Shown in pieces: positions 35,341 to 49,156 of a DNA stretch of 64,000 nt. The first letter of the stretch is position 1. Each line of letters begins with the position of its first letter. The stretch is taken from NCBI GenBank assembly GCA_051362555.1, contig CM120641.1, positions 18,166,001 through 18,230,000 of the forward strand. Reading direction: 5' to 3'. Made by a program: the position numbers and the translations under genes. This stretch comes from Lingula anatina. Taxonomy: Eukaryota > Animalia > Brachiopoda. The notes under the pieces were generated by a model. It was given only the letters and a program-made list of their open reading frames with translations. It searched no databases and was not told the DNA's origin.

Positions 35341-36684
35341 CTCAGGTCCGTCGTCTCAACCCTTTTTTCTCGACTGAGATATGACTACGAGATTCAGAGC
35401 TTATGTACACAGGCAGGCCGCGGGAATGACGCGAGCAACTCATTTGAATAACTGTCAGAGGAATCGAACTGCAGCAATCAACTTTAATGATGCATTTAAC
35501 AATGGCCATATCCATTATCCGCCATCTAATCTTGCTCGTGGTTTGTCCGGTGTGCCGTCTTCTGATCATCTACTGTTAAGTGTTCACTATCATGCATATT
35601 ATTCCTTTCGTATCCGACGTATCGGCGTGGATAGGAACTGCAACTGCACGGTATATCTGTAGCAGTGTGTCTTATATTATGCAGTTTCAATGTGACACTT
35701 CTGCCTACTATTCGGACTATTTACCCGGGGTGGGGCAGGCGAAGGGGAGAAGGCTGATGACTAGAACACCTTTTCAAATCAATATTTTAACTGAAATTGA
35801 TGCTTGAATTTGACAATCGTAGAATGCAACATTAAAAAATGTTACGCGGAAACGGTGCATTAGGTATTCGTCATAAACAGGGAATTTTAGTCTTCCGTTG
35901 TGTGGAACTAAAACTAATGGGATCTTGGTGTTAGTGGTTTCTATACTGGCCGATGCGCATGATATAATTGTACTGTTTAGTGAACTATACATATTTTTCT
36001 CATCACTTTTCTCCGAAAAACAGTTTTAAACGCGGTTTGAGTAACTCTATTAAGGATGGAAATTCAAATTTGATAAGGAAAAAGCTCAACCACATGACTC
36101 AAAATGAGGGATAATTGCGTTACCAACCAATGAGCAATGGGTATACAAAGTATGAAGATTCACTGCAGTTTCTTAACAGCTCTAATCTTAAATTTTCAGA
36201 GAATAGAAAAAACTTTCTGACCAAAACACACAGATATATCCCTAGATAACCTCATTTGTATGGCCGCAAAAATCATGTGCAATTCTTTGTTCTTCGCGCT
36301 GCGTAAACAATCACTTAGGTCCATAACATGGAAGTCAACGTGAAAGGAATTCATGTCCTCAAGGGGTCGTGTCTTTTGGGCCACACATTCTCTAGGGTAT
36401 GCTGTCCTACCCAAACACAATTTAAAAAAAAATATATATTCTGAGGTTGGATTCACAAAATAACAGAAGACAGAAAAGTTTGCCTCGACTATCAGATCCA
36501 ATTTTTTGTTTTATTTAGTTCAAGACAAACCCGTAGCAGTTCACTAAAATAAAGATAATATTGGTATAAGATTGACACCATAAACCTTTTTTTAACAGAA
36601 AACAAGCGCATTAAAACATGTGAGTGTATTATTTTTTAAGAGACGGGGCATTTGTTTCGACGAACATGTATTCTTGCTATCCAC

Positions 36685-36766
36685 CGACAGAGGTCTCTGT
36701 AGTTTGTTATAAAATTAGCCAAAATACTTTCATTTAATTTGAACAAACTACAGATAACCCTGTCGG
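36685..36766. repeat. Inverted repeat (hairpin / MITE remnant)
   Basis: CCGACAGAGGTCTCTGTAGTTTGTT ... AACAAACTACAGATAACCCTGTCGG. Confidence 0.65.
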
Positions 36767-39700
36767 AGAGTTCATTCTTACCCTGCAGGGAGAAAAAGCT
36801 TTGAAAAAACTCTCTTAGGACTGTGATTCTTGGCCAGATCGGTCTATGTTTATTTCACGTACTGTAGATATTTCCTATTTCATCATCTGCTTATTCAATT
36901 TATGATATACTTAAGGCGTGTCCATGTTAAAACGGTGACTTTTTTCTAAATTTTATGGTTTCGTTTTACTCCATGGTGTAAAATTCATTTTAAACCAAAC
37001 GCAGTTTTGTATCATTCTGTAACATTGCATGACAAACGTTTAAGCCAAGCCGCCAGCGTGTCAAAACTTCTGTATTTATAATTAAACTACATGTACCACT
37101 GACAGGGGAAATAACAAATGATGCTCATGCTAGAAAGTGCTCTTCAAAGAAGCAATGATATAACTATCCTTTGTTGTGCTCTTTAGCTCTGGCACTACTT
37201 CCCAATTCCCGGGATTAACCGGAACTTATTGATATACATATTTTATCACAGTTTCCTTGGGAATATGCTGTGTAAAGTATTTAGGCCCTATTTCCTTGTA
37301 TTGATTTAATCAAGCCTGAAAGATAGGCCTATCATGGACTTGCCACTAGTGAATAAGACTGTAGGCTTCTTTAAAGAATTAAGTAAAAAAACATGGTACA
37401 TAATATGGAATTAGGTTTTGTTTTTATTTAAGTTGATATATTGCGTTTGTCAGCGATTATACAAGCAAATACCTATGCAAGTTATAGAAAACAGCTTAGC
37501 ATTCAAAATAGCCCTTTCCCCTTTTCGATACATATCCAGTTCTTCTGAGGGAAGCTGCAACATTTTGAGTATTTGTTCCTGGTGAATAAATAAAATTAAA
37601 TTTCAGTAAAGTGATTTTTCCACTGAATACAATTACCACTTCCAATTTTATTTAAATTTTATTGGTAATTATAAATGGAGCGGCACAATTTCAGGTCATA
37701 TCAGGGAAGGTCTCTCATCATGGTGTTAAATTGAAAACAATTACAGACGTAGGCCCTACCAAAATCAAACTCGAACATTTATCTAGGAAATGTAATTTGA
37801 TACCTCGCTTTGAATACATGCAAAGGTGGTGCTTACATTATACACCAAAAGTAAGCAAAAACGGTGCTTGTGGGATATTTCGTGTGGGAAATCGGCTCCT
37901 GGGTCTTTAACGAATTTCACTTGAAATGCCATTCAGATCCAGTTCGTGCTGCATTCAAACCAAAAGCTTGATTTTCAGTCAGCATTACCTTGAGCACTGG
38001 GGTCGCCACAACATTTGGTGTAAATACGCTTTCCGTGTTTCGTTTGACACATGCCTTTTCTTCTTATAATCTGACCGTAGCATGGGATATGTCAACTATC
38101 TCTCCTGTTGGCGATCATGGTCGATATGAATAACACATTTTCTTAACGGATCGCACCTATTTCAAAGAAATGAAGAAGACGAAATAGAAAACTACTGCGG
38201 TCGCACTATTCGTATTACAATTATTGAGTGATGATGGGTTGCTCCAGACTATACCATTTAATACCACACGTCTGGCTCGATGACTGTACCTGAATCGCGC
38301 CGTGAATATGAAAAGAAATATCCTGTTTATTCCCAGCCGGCGTGTATATGACATATTGACTGTGCGCGTAGACACGCAAGTTTTGTATTCTGTTGCTCCT
38401 CTCGTTTCTTAAGAATACAAAAAAGGTGAAACGCTCAACAAACTTTAGAATAAATGTAGCGCAAATGTCTTACAGAAACCTTCCAAGTTTTCAAATTGCA
38501 AAACTGAAAACACCAACGTGTTATTTTAGAAACAACACCTAGCTGCAGGATCAGTAGCAGCTAAAAATGTCGAAATGCATGAATAAATGAAATAACAAAT
38601 ACATACATACATAAAAAACAAAAAAGCAGGATTTTATAATGCACAATACTAGATCCAATTGACAGTGCCTGGCCTGACGTTTCTTAATCAATGTGTTATG
38701 TATACCCCTCAATATCTTTAATGTTTCATTCGGATTTTTTAAACTAGAATAATAATTTTTTTCACTAAAGATTCCACATTCCTACTTGTAAGATTTATTC
38801 CGTATGTCCAAGGTTAGGAAGATTACACGCCCACATTTGAGGTATTCTCGAGCTGGGGCGCACCTAGACAAGAGCAACTATATTTAGTAGCCGCGTCTGT
38901 TGTCCTTGCCTTTATTTGTAAAGAAAAAGCGAGAGACGAGACTCTTCTGCCTTTTGAACGACTAACCTTTTAGAGAACCGCCAACAACTGTGCATAAATA
39001 ATTTCAAACGAGAGAGAATTCGTGAGACTGTTAAGATGTTATCATATAAACTGAACATACGGCGAATCATTTATTCTTTATAATGATGTCCTCGCAAACG
39101 TTAAATTCGATTACACGGATATACTTTGATCCACGTGGAGAATCGCCCACAACCCATTTCAATACGTATATATCATTACTATCCACCTCTGTACATTTTC
39201 ACAAATTAAGTCTGGTGAATAACGAGTGTCTCTTGTTTATCCTATAACCGGAATGCCTTTTCATGACACTGCCTACCCGTGAGAGCGGATACCTGTATTT
39301 CTCACCCTGTTTCTACATCATGTTACCAAGTCTCTAAACGTACAAGGTTTATGGTACAATCTTAGACCAATGAGGCACCATTGCTCCAAGGTACACTGAA
39401 GGAAGCGCACTTACGTCTTCTTAATTGTTTAAAAGGTCTTTCGGAGTTCATCTTTTCATTGAGGGGTTATTGTTTCCCCATGGATAGACAAAGCGAGTGC
39501 ATATTCAAAACTCGCAGTGCATCGTTGCGCTAATAGGTCTGTGATGCGACTGAAAACAGACAAAGCGAAGAAAGAGATTGAAAGCAGAAAGCGATTGTTC
39601 TGGCAGACAAAGAAGAGTCCAGATCGAGTTAAATTACCAGAAAACTTGGTGTCCAAATTGATGGCAACGACTGGTGAATATCGGTGCAGATGAAGAGTTA

Positions 39701-40451
39701 TTGTCAGCCATGCACATTCAGGGTATTATTAGGTGACTCTACTTCAAATGATTTTCAAAGTGGACTGATGTTATGCTATACAAGATAACTTTGGTGCTAT
39801 GAACACGAGTCAGGTTAGACTTAGTACTTGAACACGCATTAGGCTATAAATTTGAAGTCTGAATTGCTACATATACATTTAACAGAATTTTACAACATAT
39901 CATGGGTTAAAAGTTTATTGAAAGCCAATCATTCTTGCTACTTGATGGTAAGCTTTAAGAAGGTGAGGTTCACAAATATTACCACAAAGGACTATCATAT
40001 ATTGGAATATCTAGTGGAGTGTCAGCGTTAAAGTACAACAGGCATTACAAGACAAATCTTTGAAAGAGGAAATTAGCAAAATTAGTAAAGTGAAATGGAG
40101 TATGTGTCTGGATTTACAGTTACGTAGTCCATTTACCAGAGCCACTATCCAATCAATACTGTTGGATGGCATTGGATATGAAAAGCAATATTTCATACGT
40201 TTAATGAATTTATGAGTTCCTTTAAATTGTGAATACAGTTCTAATAAGTAGACTTTTGATATATGCTTTTCTCTCTGCATAAGATTACACATAATAGAAA
40301 TGAGCCAATAAACACAATTTTTAATTACCTAATTTCATTAATTTATTAATATTAATGTTCCAGCAGAATAATTAAAACAAAATTAAGACTTGTTTTCAGG
40401 TGCAATTCACTCGAATTCCTTCAATATTTATTTTATGTTGGGATGGCTATG

Positions 40452-43400
40452 TTAGGTCTTTTGGTGTAATTCACTGGCTAACTCATCTACACTGTCATCA
40501 ATGGTAATGTCCCTGCTTCTGTGTTCTGCTCTTGTTTCTGGTTTTGTCTGATAAGGGTCTGACCCTTTTTTTGTCCCACTTGTTTCTGACCCTGTTTCTG
40601 TCCTACTTTTTTCTGACCCTTCTTCCATCCCCCTTGATTCTAATCCTGTACCTGGTTTTGCCAGACTAGGTTCTGACCCTGTGTTCTGCTTTGCCACACT
40701 GGATTCTGATATTGCTGCTGCAGTTTTTTCCCGTTTTTGTTTGCCTTTCAATGCCCCTTTTGGTTCCTAAAAGCATACAAGATTTTGTTGTAACAGTAAT
40801 GAAGTGACAACCAAAATTTGTAATAAAAATTGTTAGGTCTTTGTCCCTCTTTTGAGCCAACTTGTAGAATGATAATGATGATGATGATGATCAAAATAAT
40901 GGTGATGACATTCAGCTGGTAGTGGAGATAAACTTATAACTGCAAAAAAATGCTAACAAAATATCTTGTTGAACAATGTCAACAAAACATCATCAGTTTA
41001 TATTTCATCTTGTTGACAGGCCCGATCCTGAACTTAGTTACTAAGCTTTACATGTGGCATATAAGAGAGAAGAAGAAACATGCCAGTCTCACTTAAGCAG
41101 AGTTGAAACATACATTCATAGTCTCTTTCAGTAGAGTATTAAAGCTCTGTAAGTACCAGAATACTGCCGCACATACCTTTCAGTCTTCACATGTTTTCAT
41201 TCCAAAATATACTATTCTAAACTCAAATCTAGTTAAATTTGGTATCATTTTCTATAACTTAGACCTTATTCCCATACCTAGATCGATCTCGTGGGATCAG
41301 TCCGTCTCCTAGGACAGTCTCGCTAAGATAGTTTTCAGCTTAAGCGCCTTAGATGTCTGGCACTCCTACTGAAGCTGCTAAACGATAGTCTATTACTCCC
41401 TAACAGCTTAATAAGCAGAGTGCAATTTAGCAGGAATCCCCTCGGAGATGGACCAATCCTGCTAGATCAATCTAGGTATGGGAATGGGGTTTAAGAGCAC
41501 CAGGTCAACAGGGCAATGGCTGTTAAATATTTAAAATCCAGAGATTTATCTCAAACTTGGATGTGTTTGCTAGTAAAATCCTCCATCAATCCGTGGCCAC
41601 TAGCTGTTACAGTGATAAATGGTATCCTTTATTTTAGTTGTTGATAAACAGTTCACATGCAAAGGTATTGGCATACATGTGTGTGATTTAAAGAAAAAAG
41701 ATACAGGAAAGTAACCAAACAGGTAAGTGTGTACAAGTTGGATAAAATAATTATATACCTGTGTTTGAGCAGGGGAATCCAGTGTTATGGTGACTGGGCC
41801 ATCATTCTGAATGTGAACTTGCATGTAAGCACCAAACTTTCCATCTACAATAGAAACCAGACATAAAACAGCCACTAAAATTCACTAGAATGAAGTGGCA
41901 AATGTCAGTGCATGTGATATTTCTGCAATTCATTGTTCCTAAATAAGGACGAAAGACTTGTTTCTGACATAACTTATAAAGTTAAAACAGAATTTATGAA
42001 TTTTTATAGCATTTACCTTTAATTTTACCATGGTCATAAGCTTTTCGAAGTTCTTTAAGGAAATTCTGATAAAATGCCTCAGCTGCTTCCCCTCCCATGG
42101 CATTATGGAAGTCAGGTTTGTTACCCTTCAATACATGATAGAGAGTGAACTGAAAAAAAAAACTTTTTCTCTTAATATCATTATTTCATGATACATGTAT
42201 ATGTAATTCAGCATAAAAACTCTTGGTTTGTGATGTCAGGTTGAACTTTTATCACCAAAAAAAAAATCAGTTTACGTTTTGTCATTTGGATCTAAAAAAG
42301 AATTCTATTTACACATGACACGCAAAAACTAGATTTACTATTCGAAGCTCCGTTAAAGCACTGTTAACAAGCATAATGGGTGAACACCAGAGAAGCACTA
42401 CTAATTTAAGGTTCATTAATGTATATGATGAAAACATCTGCTCCCATGACAAGTTAAATTCTGAATCATGCAAAAACCTAATAAGAATCACATAAAAAAT
42501 ACATACATACTTATCAAAAACTGTTTCCCATCAATCTATCAATAAAATAAAATATTGTTATGTAAACATTATTGTTACAGGGCTGATTGCTCGATTTTTT
42601 TTTGTGCATTTGAATAATTGAATCATTTAATGAACCATTTTCAGCTAACACAGGGCTGGTGAAACACACCTTATTTTCCCATACTCTGTGCAATAAGACA
42701 AGCTAGACATAAATACCTCTTTTTACCTGGCTCACACAGAGGACTTCAAAGTTTTTATCCTTAACACTCTTCATCCACCGTTTTCCTTGATCATCATCAA
42801 ACAAACGCAAGTTGAGTATCTTCCTCACCCTTAAAAAATAAATGCACATGTGTTATATAAACACAATGTGTATAATAACATACTGAATTATCCCTTTTTA
42901 GAAAAGACCTAGATTTATCAATATGGACAAATACCAGGATACAGTATTGATAAAAAGAATCATTTATAATTGTGATTACCTGTGTTAAGTCCAATAAAAA
43001 TCTGTCTAGTGATATCAGTTAGACTACCACTACTTCTGGCCTCTGTGTCTGTTTGTGAAAATATTCCCAAAGAAATCAACCACTTACATATAATCAAACT
43101 CCTTAGGTGTGTCATTGTGTGATATTCCCAGCAGGACACAAAGCCCTCGATCAATGGAACTAACTATCTCTCCATCCACTGAATAAAAAAACAGAAATAG
43201 CGAGTATTGTACTACATGGTGTCTTGAGCATAAGACACCATCAAGTAGTTTGACAATGAAGTTTATTCTGATTGTCTTTCTAACATGGAGCAAAAAGAAA
43301 ATGTCCTAAACACCCAAATCCATATCAAACAAATGATAAGGGCATCGATTCAATAAACTCAGTTGTCTGCATTTTACCTTTATTTAATACATAATAGCTG

Positions 43401-43562
43401 CTCCTGCCAGGGGCATAATCGGCAGTTGGAAAACAAACAGGAAGCACTAATGGACGGAAATGAATCAATTAACTTAATAGGAATACAGATAATTTGCGAG
43501 AATTTCTCCAATTTCATTTGGCCTATAATGTTTCAAAGAAAACTATGGTGCAATTGAAAAAA

Positions 43563-43612
<50 letters not shown>

Positions 43613-44461
43613 CTAGTAAAATCATGCTTGCTATATATGTAAGGGTATGAAAATGCTTTTGGGTAGGAAAGTATTGCCACAAAGAAATACAACAATAGAG
43701 CATTTAAAATGAATTTTCGTAACAATGGCTATAATGACTTCCATAAACATCAGCAAAATATAACATGGTTAAAATCAAGTTGCCACATGGTTTATTGTGA
43801 TTGTTTGCACAATTCTTTTTCATCAGACACTGGAGTCGCTGTCAATCAAAAAAAAAAAAATACTTATTTGACTTTAGAGTCACTACCAACCAACTAAGTA
43901 AATCTGTATTCATAAAATTGTACAAAATACTGGTAAATACAGAATCCCTGTTTTGAGGTTTATTTAGTTACCAGTTATAAATGTCTTAGTTTGTTACTTC
44001 TGAGAAACTATCAGAAAAAAGAGGGAAATCTAATTAGGATCACAGGAATTGCTACTCATGTCCTTTTTTTCTCTTGTGAATCAATAATTTCCTGTCCATT
44101 ATATTGCCAAGAAAATGACAATTAAGCCAATTTCCCCAAGAGTTTTTTTTTTCAAAATGAAATCTATGCAGGACAATACAGCCTTTCAACTGTTATCTTA
44201 TAAAGGTACATGCACAGGTAGATACACGAAGACGCAACTACCTCATGTACCCAGTACATCAAAACATTGGTGTCTTTGCCTGATTTAAGTCTTGACTGCA
44301 GAGAATTCAGTCTTGACTGCAGTGTACAATATCGCATCCCTTTTTGTACACCAACATTCAGAGTTACAGTATACTCACAGTAACAATGATGGTGACCTGG
44401 GTGTCATTACTGCAGAGTTACCCGTCTTACTGCTGCTGTTTTTCATAGTCATATTGTTTGA

Positions 44462-44495
<34 letters not shown>

Positions 44496-46135
44496 CACAA
44501 CTGGAGAAGTGTCCAGAGCCTCTTGAGCATACATTGGGAGTGCTGCTGAATTTAAAAAGTCAAAATGCCTACAACATGTCAGTTGATTACCTATATGTAG
44601 TTTCTCTATACCATATCAGGGTGTCAAATGAAGATGTTTATTCTTGTATTGATGGCTTTATTTTCACAAAATACTCATCAGGATTAAATTTAAAGACATA
44701 CATGATTTGGTAGAAAGATTGTTTTATGTTACTTAATTTCACAACAATAACTGCACTTGTCATTTCTTTCAACATTTCTACAATGGTTAAGCCAAAATAG
44801 TGTTAAGGTCTACAAAACTTTACAAATTTAACTCATGTAGCTTTTGGATGAAAAAAAGTTTTTTTGGATTCATTGTATATCATGTTAGTATTATTACATA
44901 TTATATGTAATAATTATAATAACATGGATTCAAGGTTGAAATAATATATATATATATATATATAATTTTTAAAACTGTTCTTTTTTCAATAACATTTACC
45001 AATATTTGATTTTATATTCTTACTTGATTCCATTCACTGATTATTTATTGTAGGTAAACTGAAAGAAAATCTAATTTTTTTTCTGTCAAAAGACGGTTAA
45101 AAATGGATCAACAAAGATAATTTGGAACAGCGTCAGAAGGTCACTCTGGATCTGCCCCTGTAACTAGACTTTACTTTGCAAAAGAGGCCTGATATATATA
45201 TATATATATATATACATGTTATATATACATGTTATATATATAACATGTATATATACATATATATAACATGATCCTCTACTGGAATTGACTGGAGTTGTGT
45301 AAATGGAGGAATTTTACCTTACAACTACCCTTACCAATACATAAGGCCTGCTTAGATCTACAGAAAACTTGGGTGCAATATGGCTGCAAACTGCAGTCCT
45401 TTCTTGCAATTTTGCTACAATATGGCTGCAAATTAGCAGCAATAAAATTTTTCTCGCAAACTCCTTGGTGCAATATTCCTCCAATTTGTTTTATTTTGCT
45501 ATGGGAAAACTAAGACTGGGTTCCCATCCCTAAGACAATCTAACAGGATCGTACGGTGTCTCTCTCCAAATTGCTTTCAGCTCATATACAATGTATGTGG
45601 CTTAGACGTCTGGGACGCCTACTAAAGCTGCTAAACGATAGTTAACCCCCCTATCAGCTTCAGTAGGCGTGACAGACATCTAAGCCGCTCAAGTTAATAT
45701 TGCCATTAAACGAGAATCCTCTCGGAAATAGTTCGATTCAAAGTTAGTACGATAGTCTCTGGGAATGGCCTCTAACACCCCATTTCCATAGATTTTTATA
45801 TTGATCTATCCCTGTGGGAGTCTCACTAGATTACTGTCAGCTTGGCCGGCTTAAGCGTCTGTCCCGCCTACTAAAAGCTGTAAGGGGGTAATTAACTATG
45901 GTGTCCGCTCGGCTGACTGCAATTTAGCCTAAACCCCCAGGGAGTTAGGTCGATCTAAAACTTAATATTTAGATCGATCTAAATCTCTGGGAAAGCACCC
46001 TAAGTTTTCACAAATCCAAGCCGTGAAGAGAATTTTTTATGTCCCTTCCATCGTTTCAGATTTAAAATAATAATGTTGTTATTGACGTTCACCTGAGACA
46101 CTTGCTTTCATTACTCGCTGAATAACAGCACGCAT
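40452..46135 (-). CDS. DTD1: D-aminoacyl-tRNA deacylase 1 (D-tyrosyl-tRNA deacylase), about 256 aa with long low-complexity C-terminal tail
   Basis: Exons 46135-46093, 43178-43088, 42829-42727, 42149-42017, 41844-41759, 40766-40452; MRAVIQRV, GLCVLLGI, RKILNLRLF, SQFTL, GNKPDFH, GKFGAYMQVHIQNDGPVT (Gly-cisPro motif). Confidence 0.96.
41262..41491. mobile_element. Harbinger/Tourist-like MITE in last DTD1 intron
   Basis: TIR GACCTTATTCCCATACCTAGATCGATCT / AGATCAATCTAGGTATGGGAATGGGGTT, flanked by TTA and TAA. Confidence 0.75.
43564..43611. repeat. (TA)n microsatellite
   Basis: About 24 TA units. Confidence 0.95.
45514..46000. mobile_element. Two adjacent related Harbinger-like MITEs (45514-45772 and 45776-46000) in DTD1 intron 1
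   Basis: TAA-element-TAA-element-TAA layout; TTCCCA(T)...TGGGAA-type ends; shared internal motif CCTACTRAAGCTG(CTAAACGATAGT) also present in the 41262-41491 element. Confidence 0.65.
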
Positions 46136-46383
46136 TTTCTATGCTAGTGGCACTTTTCTTTTTAAAAGCACCTGCGGGAAGCTCTCTAATGCTGGAGGTA
46201 CAAATAATGACTTCCTGTAAATTTAGTACTTGCGCATTTTATACTTCCGGTCATTTCTATGGCGACGAGACTCAAATCTGCATTTCTTAAGCAAGTGTGT
46301 AGCTGATGTTACAGTGCAATTTAATGCATTTGCGATTTTTAAATTATTGAAATAACAACTTGATCGTCTTTTATGCAAGCAAG
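46136..46383. promoter_or_regulatory. Bidirectional promoter DTD1/CFAP70 with RFX X-box and ETS sites; probable non-coding first exon of CFAP70 ending at 46383
   Basis: ACTTCCTG (~46210), ACTTCCGG (46243-46250), X-box-like ATTTCTATGGCGAC 46253-46266 (reverse GTCGCCATAGAAAT), strong donor AAG|GTAAGT at 46383/46384. Confidence 0.7.
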
Positions 46384-46968
46384 GTAAGTTATAACGAAAA
46401 GCGTTTTCATGAATAACATCCCAGGTACTTTACTCTCAGACACCATGCACACAAATTCTGGGCCGCAAATTCTGATACAAATTTGAAGTGATTGCTAGTC
46501 CAAGCACTGAACAGTAGAAGTGTTATCACCCGTCCAGGACATCGTTAGATACTCAATATTCACATTCTTGGAATAAAAAAAAGCTTGATCATTTTCGTAG
46601 CCTTTGTGGGGTTCCCTTTTATTTTTATTTTCTTTTTCTTTCTGACTAAATTTGTACCGATCTTTTTCATGCATGGTACGTACGAAAATTCACGAGTTAG
46701 CACTCTTATATACGGTTTCTGATATGTACTTCTGTGGAGAAGAATGAAAAATAATGTCCCGAAAACTGTAGAATGTCAACCTGTTTGCAAATCCACCATG
46801 ATGTGGGAGCTGTCAAATTTTTATCTTACCTCTCATCTCCTCAACTTGCACACTTGTAAGCCAACCAGTTTTTCCCATCATTAGAGCTTTGAATAAGGTA
46901 CTAGAATCATATGCCTCTCTGCCAGTTATGCTGCTGTGAAATCAAACACATGCTAGATTTTCCCTTGT

Positions 46969-47031
46969 ATATCTCATACTTAACAGATTTTCCTAGGTCG
47001 AATATCTCATACTTAACAGATTTTCCTAGGT
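46969..47031. repeat. 33-bp-period tandem duplication
   Basis: ATATCTCATACTTAACAGATTTTCCTAGGT twice. Confidence 0.85.
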
Positions 47032-47269
47032 TGAATGGTATTTTTGATTCCCCTTTCCTGACACTTGTCATAACTGTAACAACCCGAAGAAAAAAGCTCT
47101 TATGTAACCCATGCTGAAGCACAAGTTTTCAAATGTTAACCATAAAGAGGGGAAATGCCTTTGTTTAATAGGACACATAATGAGGGACTCTTCTTAATAA
47201 AAAAATTAAACCAAATGCTGGTACCAGATTGTAGTTCACACCCTAGTTTTCAACCATGCCAACTTCATT

Positions 47270-47442
47270 CAGGGGGGAGGGGGATCCAGAGCTATTTTCT
47301 GACAGTCTTCCAAATTATCTTTGTTGATCCATTCTATAATTTTGACCCTCTTTCAACAGAAAAAATTATATACTTGTCAATGTAAACTAGATAATCTGAC
47401 CGTCTTCTGGAAGACCCAGAAGACGGCCTAAATCTGCCCCTG
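47270..47442. mobile_element. Degenerate MITE with CAGGGG..GATC / ATCTGCCCCTG ends
   Basis: Imperfect terminal inverted repeats; a similar 3' end (CTGGATCTGCCCCTG) occurs near 45146-45160. Confidence 0.45.
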
Positions 47443-49156
47443 TCATTATAAGAACTTATTCAGTTACAGAGTGACATAGGAAACTGATAACAATCTCACA
47501 AGAAATTATGAAACAGGGAAATAGAAGATTAATGCTTGCTCGTATGTGCAAAAGTACGTGGATCATGAATAAAGCAAGAAAAAGAGAGTTTTTGTGCTAA
47601 ATTGCAATAATATTATGATAAGTTTTTCCAAGAAAAGAAACAAGGAAAAGGCTATTTTATGAATTGTAGACCTTTTTTACATATCAGTCTCCCTTAAATG
47701 ATGGTAATAGTTAATAAATGCTTTAAACAGTTCGGACCAATAACTTTAAAAACTTTAAAAGGCTATTTGTTATAAAGGATCCTAAAAAAGTTTTCATTTT
47801 TGGTATCAAAAATTGTTGTTATCCCTAAGATTTCTCACATATCTTTCCCAAAGAAAATGGCATAACTTTTCACATTTTTGAATTATCTCTAATTGAAAGT
47901 TCTTAAAGAAAGGACCTCCCCTCCCCTGTGTGGTAATGAGTTTATTGACCTGAAGGACATCACACTGCAACGTAACCCTGGGGACATCAGGTCTCTTTGG
48001 ATGAACTCCAAACATGGACATTGCTCAGCTGAAAGCTCGTTCCCATGCAGGACTCACATATTCTTAAAACAATCTTGTTCATTACTATACTGATATATTA
48101 TTATTTGATCCCAAGTGACCAGATTGCCAGGTTGGACCTTTTTAATTACCTAAGATAAAAGACAAGTTTGGCAGGAGACTTGGAATATATATGTTCTATT
48201 CACTTTTGGTCATGTGTTAATGTCACTTACTTAGATTTGCTCACTTTTTCTGTGTGTGATAAAAAAGGGTGGGGTTAATAATTATCTCAGTGTGGGGATA
48301 AGTATCTGATTTGGCTTGCTGACAATGCATGCTGCTGTCCAACATCAGTATGAAACGATCTTTCTCTCCCACATCTGGGACCAGGCTCTGGAGCAGATAA
48401 CAACAGTAGTTATCTGACTTATCACATGACCAGCCCATCAGGTCACTGACACTCATCATCCTATCCAAGATTGGTGGTGCCAATTGCAATACTGAATTGT
48501 TGCATCATCATTTTTTAAGTCCAGTATTGGTTTTTTTCTTTAATGTACATGTATTATATCACTCTACTGGATACGTAAGAACATTCTCTCTCATCAGACA
48601 TGACATTTTAATAGAGCCCGATTACAGAAAGATGGACCCTAATGACAAAGATGTGAATTAACGTCATTTTAGAAAGCAATAAGGAAGTGACAATCAATAC
48701 ATATTGATGTGTTATAGATTGTGAGCTACAGAACCTAAGTGAAACCAACCAGGAAAATGTCCCTTGATAATATCTGCCAGCTTCTATTTGTTACCGCACT
48801 GCACCCAGAAGTCTACCATTATTTATGACCCCACTTTTCTCCCTATCTGCTGAAATCTCACTTGATTTTATGCCAAGTTATGAGACTTCATAGGCTACCT
48901 TGGGTGATATAAACTCAATTCTTGAAGAATTTGTTCACTGTGGGATTTGTTGTATGACAGGATCTAATGTTAATTACATGAAATAATTTACAGTAATGGT
49001 TTTCTTAGCATATTTGCACAGCTTTGCTATAGATCTTCTCTTTTCCTCTTTTTAAAGAACAGATTTTTTGAAATCTCTCCCCTTATACATTAGGTTCTAG
49101 TCACAAACATTTAACAAAAACTTATTTGTCTTTCATCTTTGCTCCTTAGTTAAGTA

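Noticed and set aside
39529-39548. AGGTCTGTGATGC match to an 18S rRNA conserved motif
   Set aside because: Only ~13 nt with no flanking rRNA similarity; chance match.
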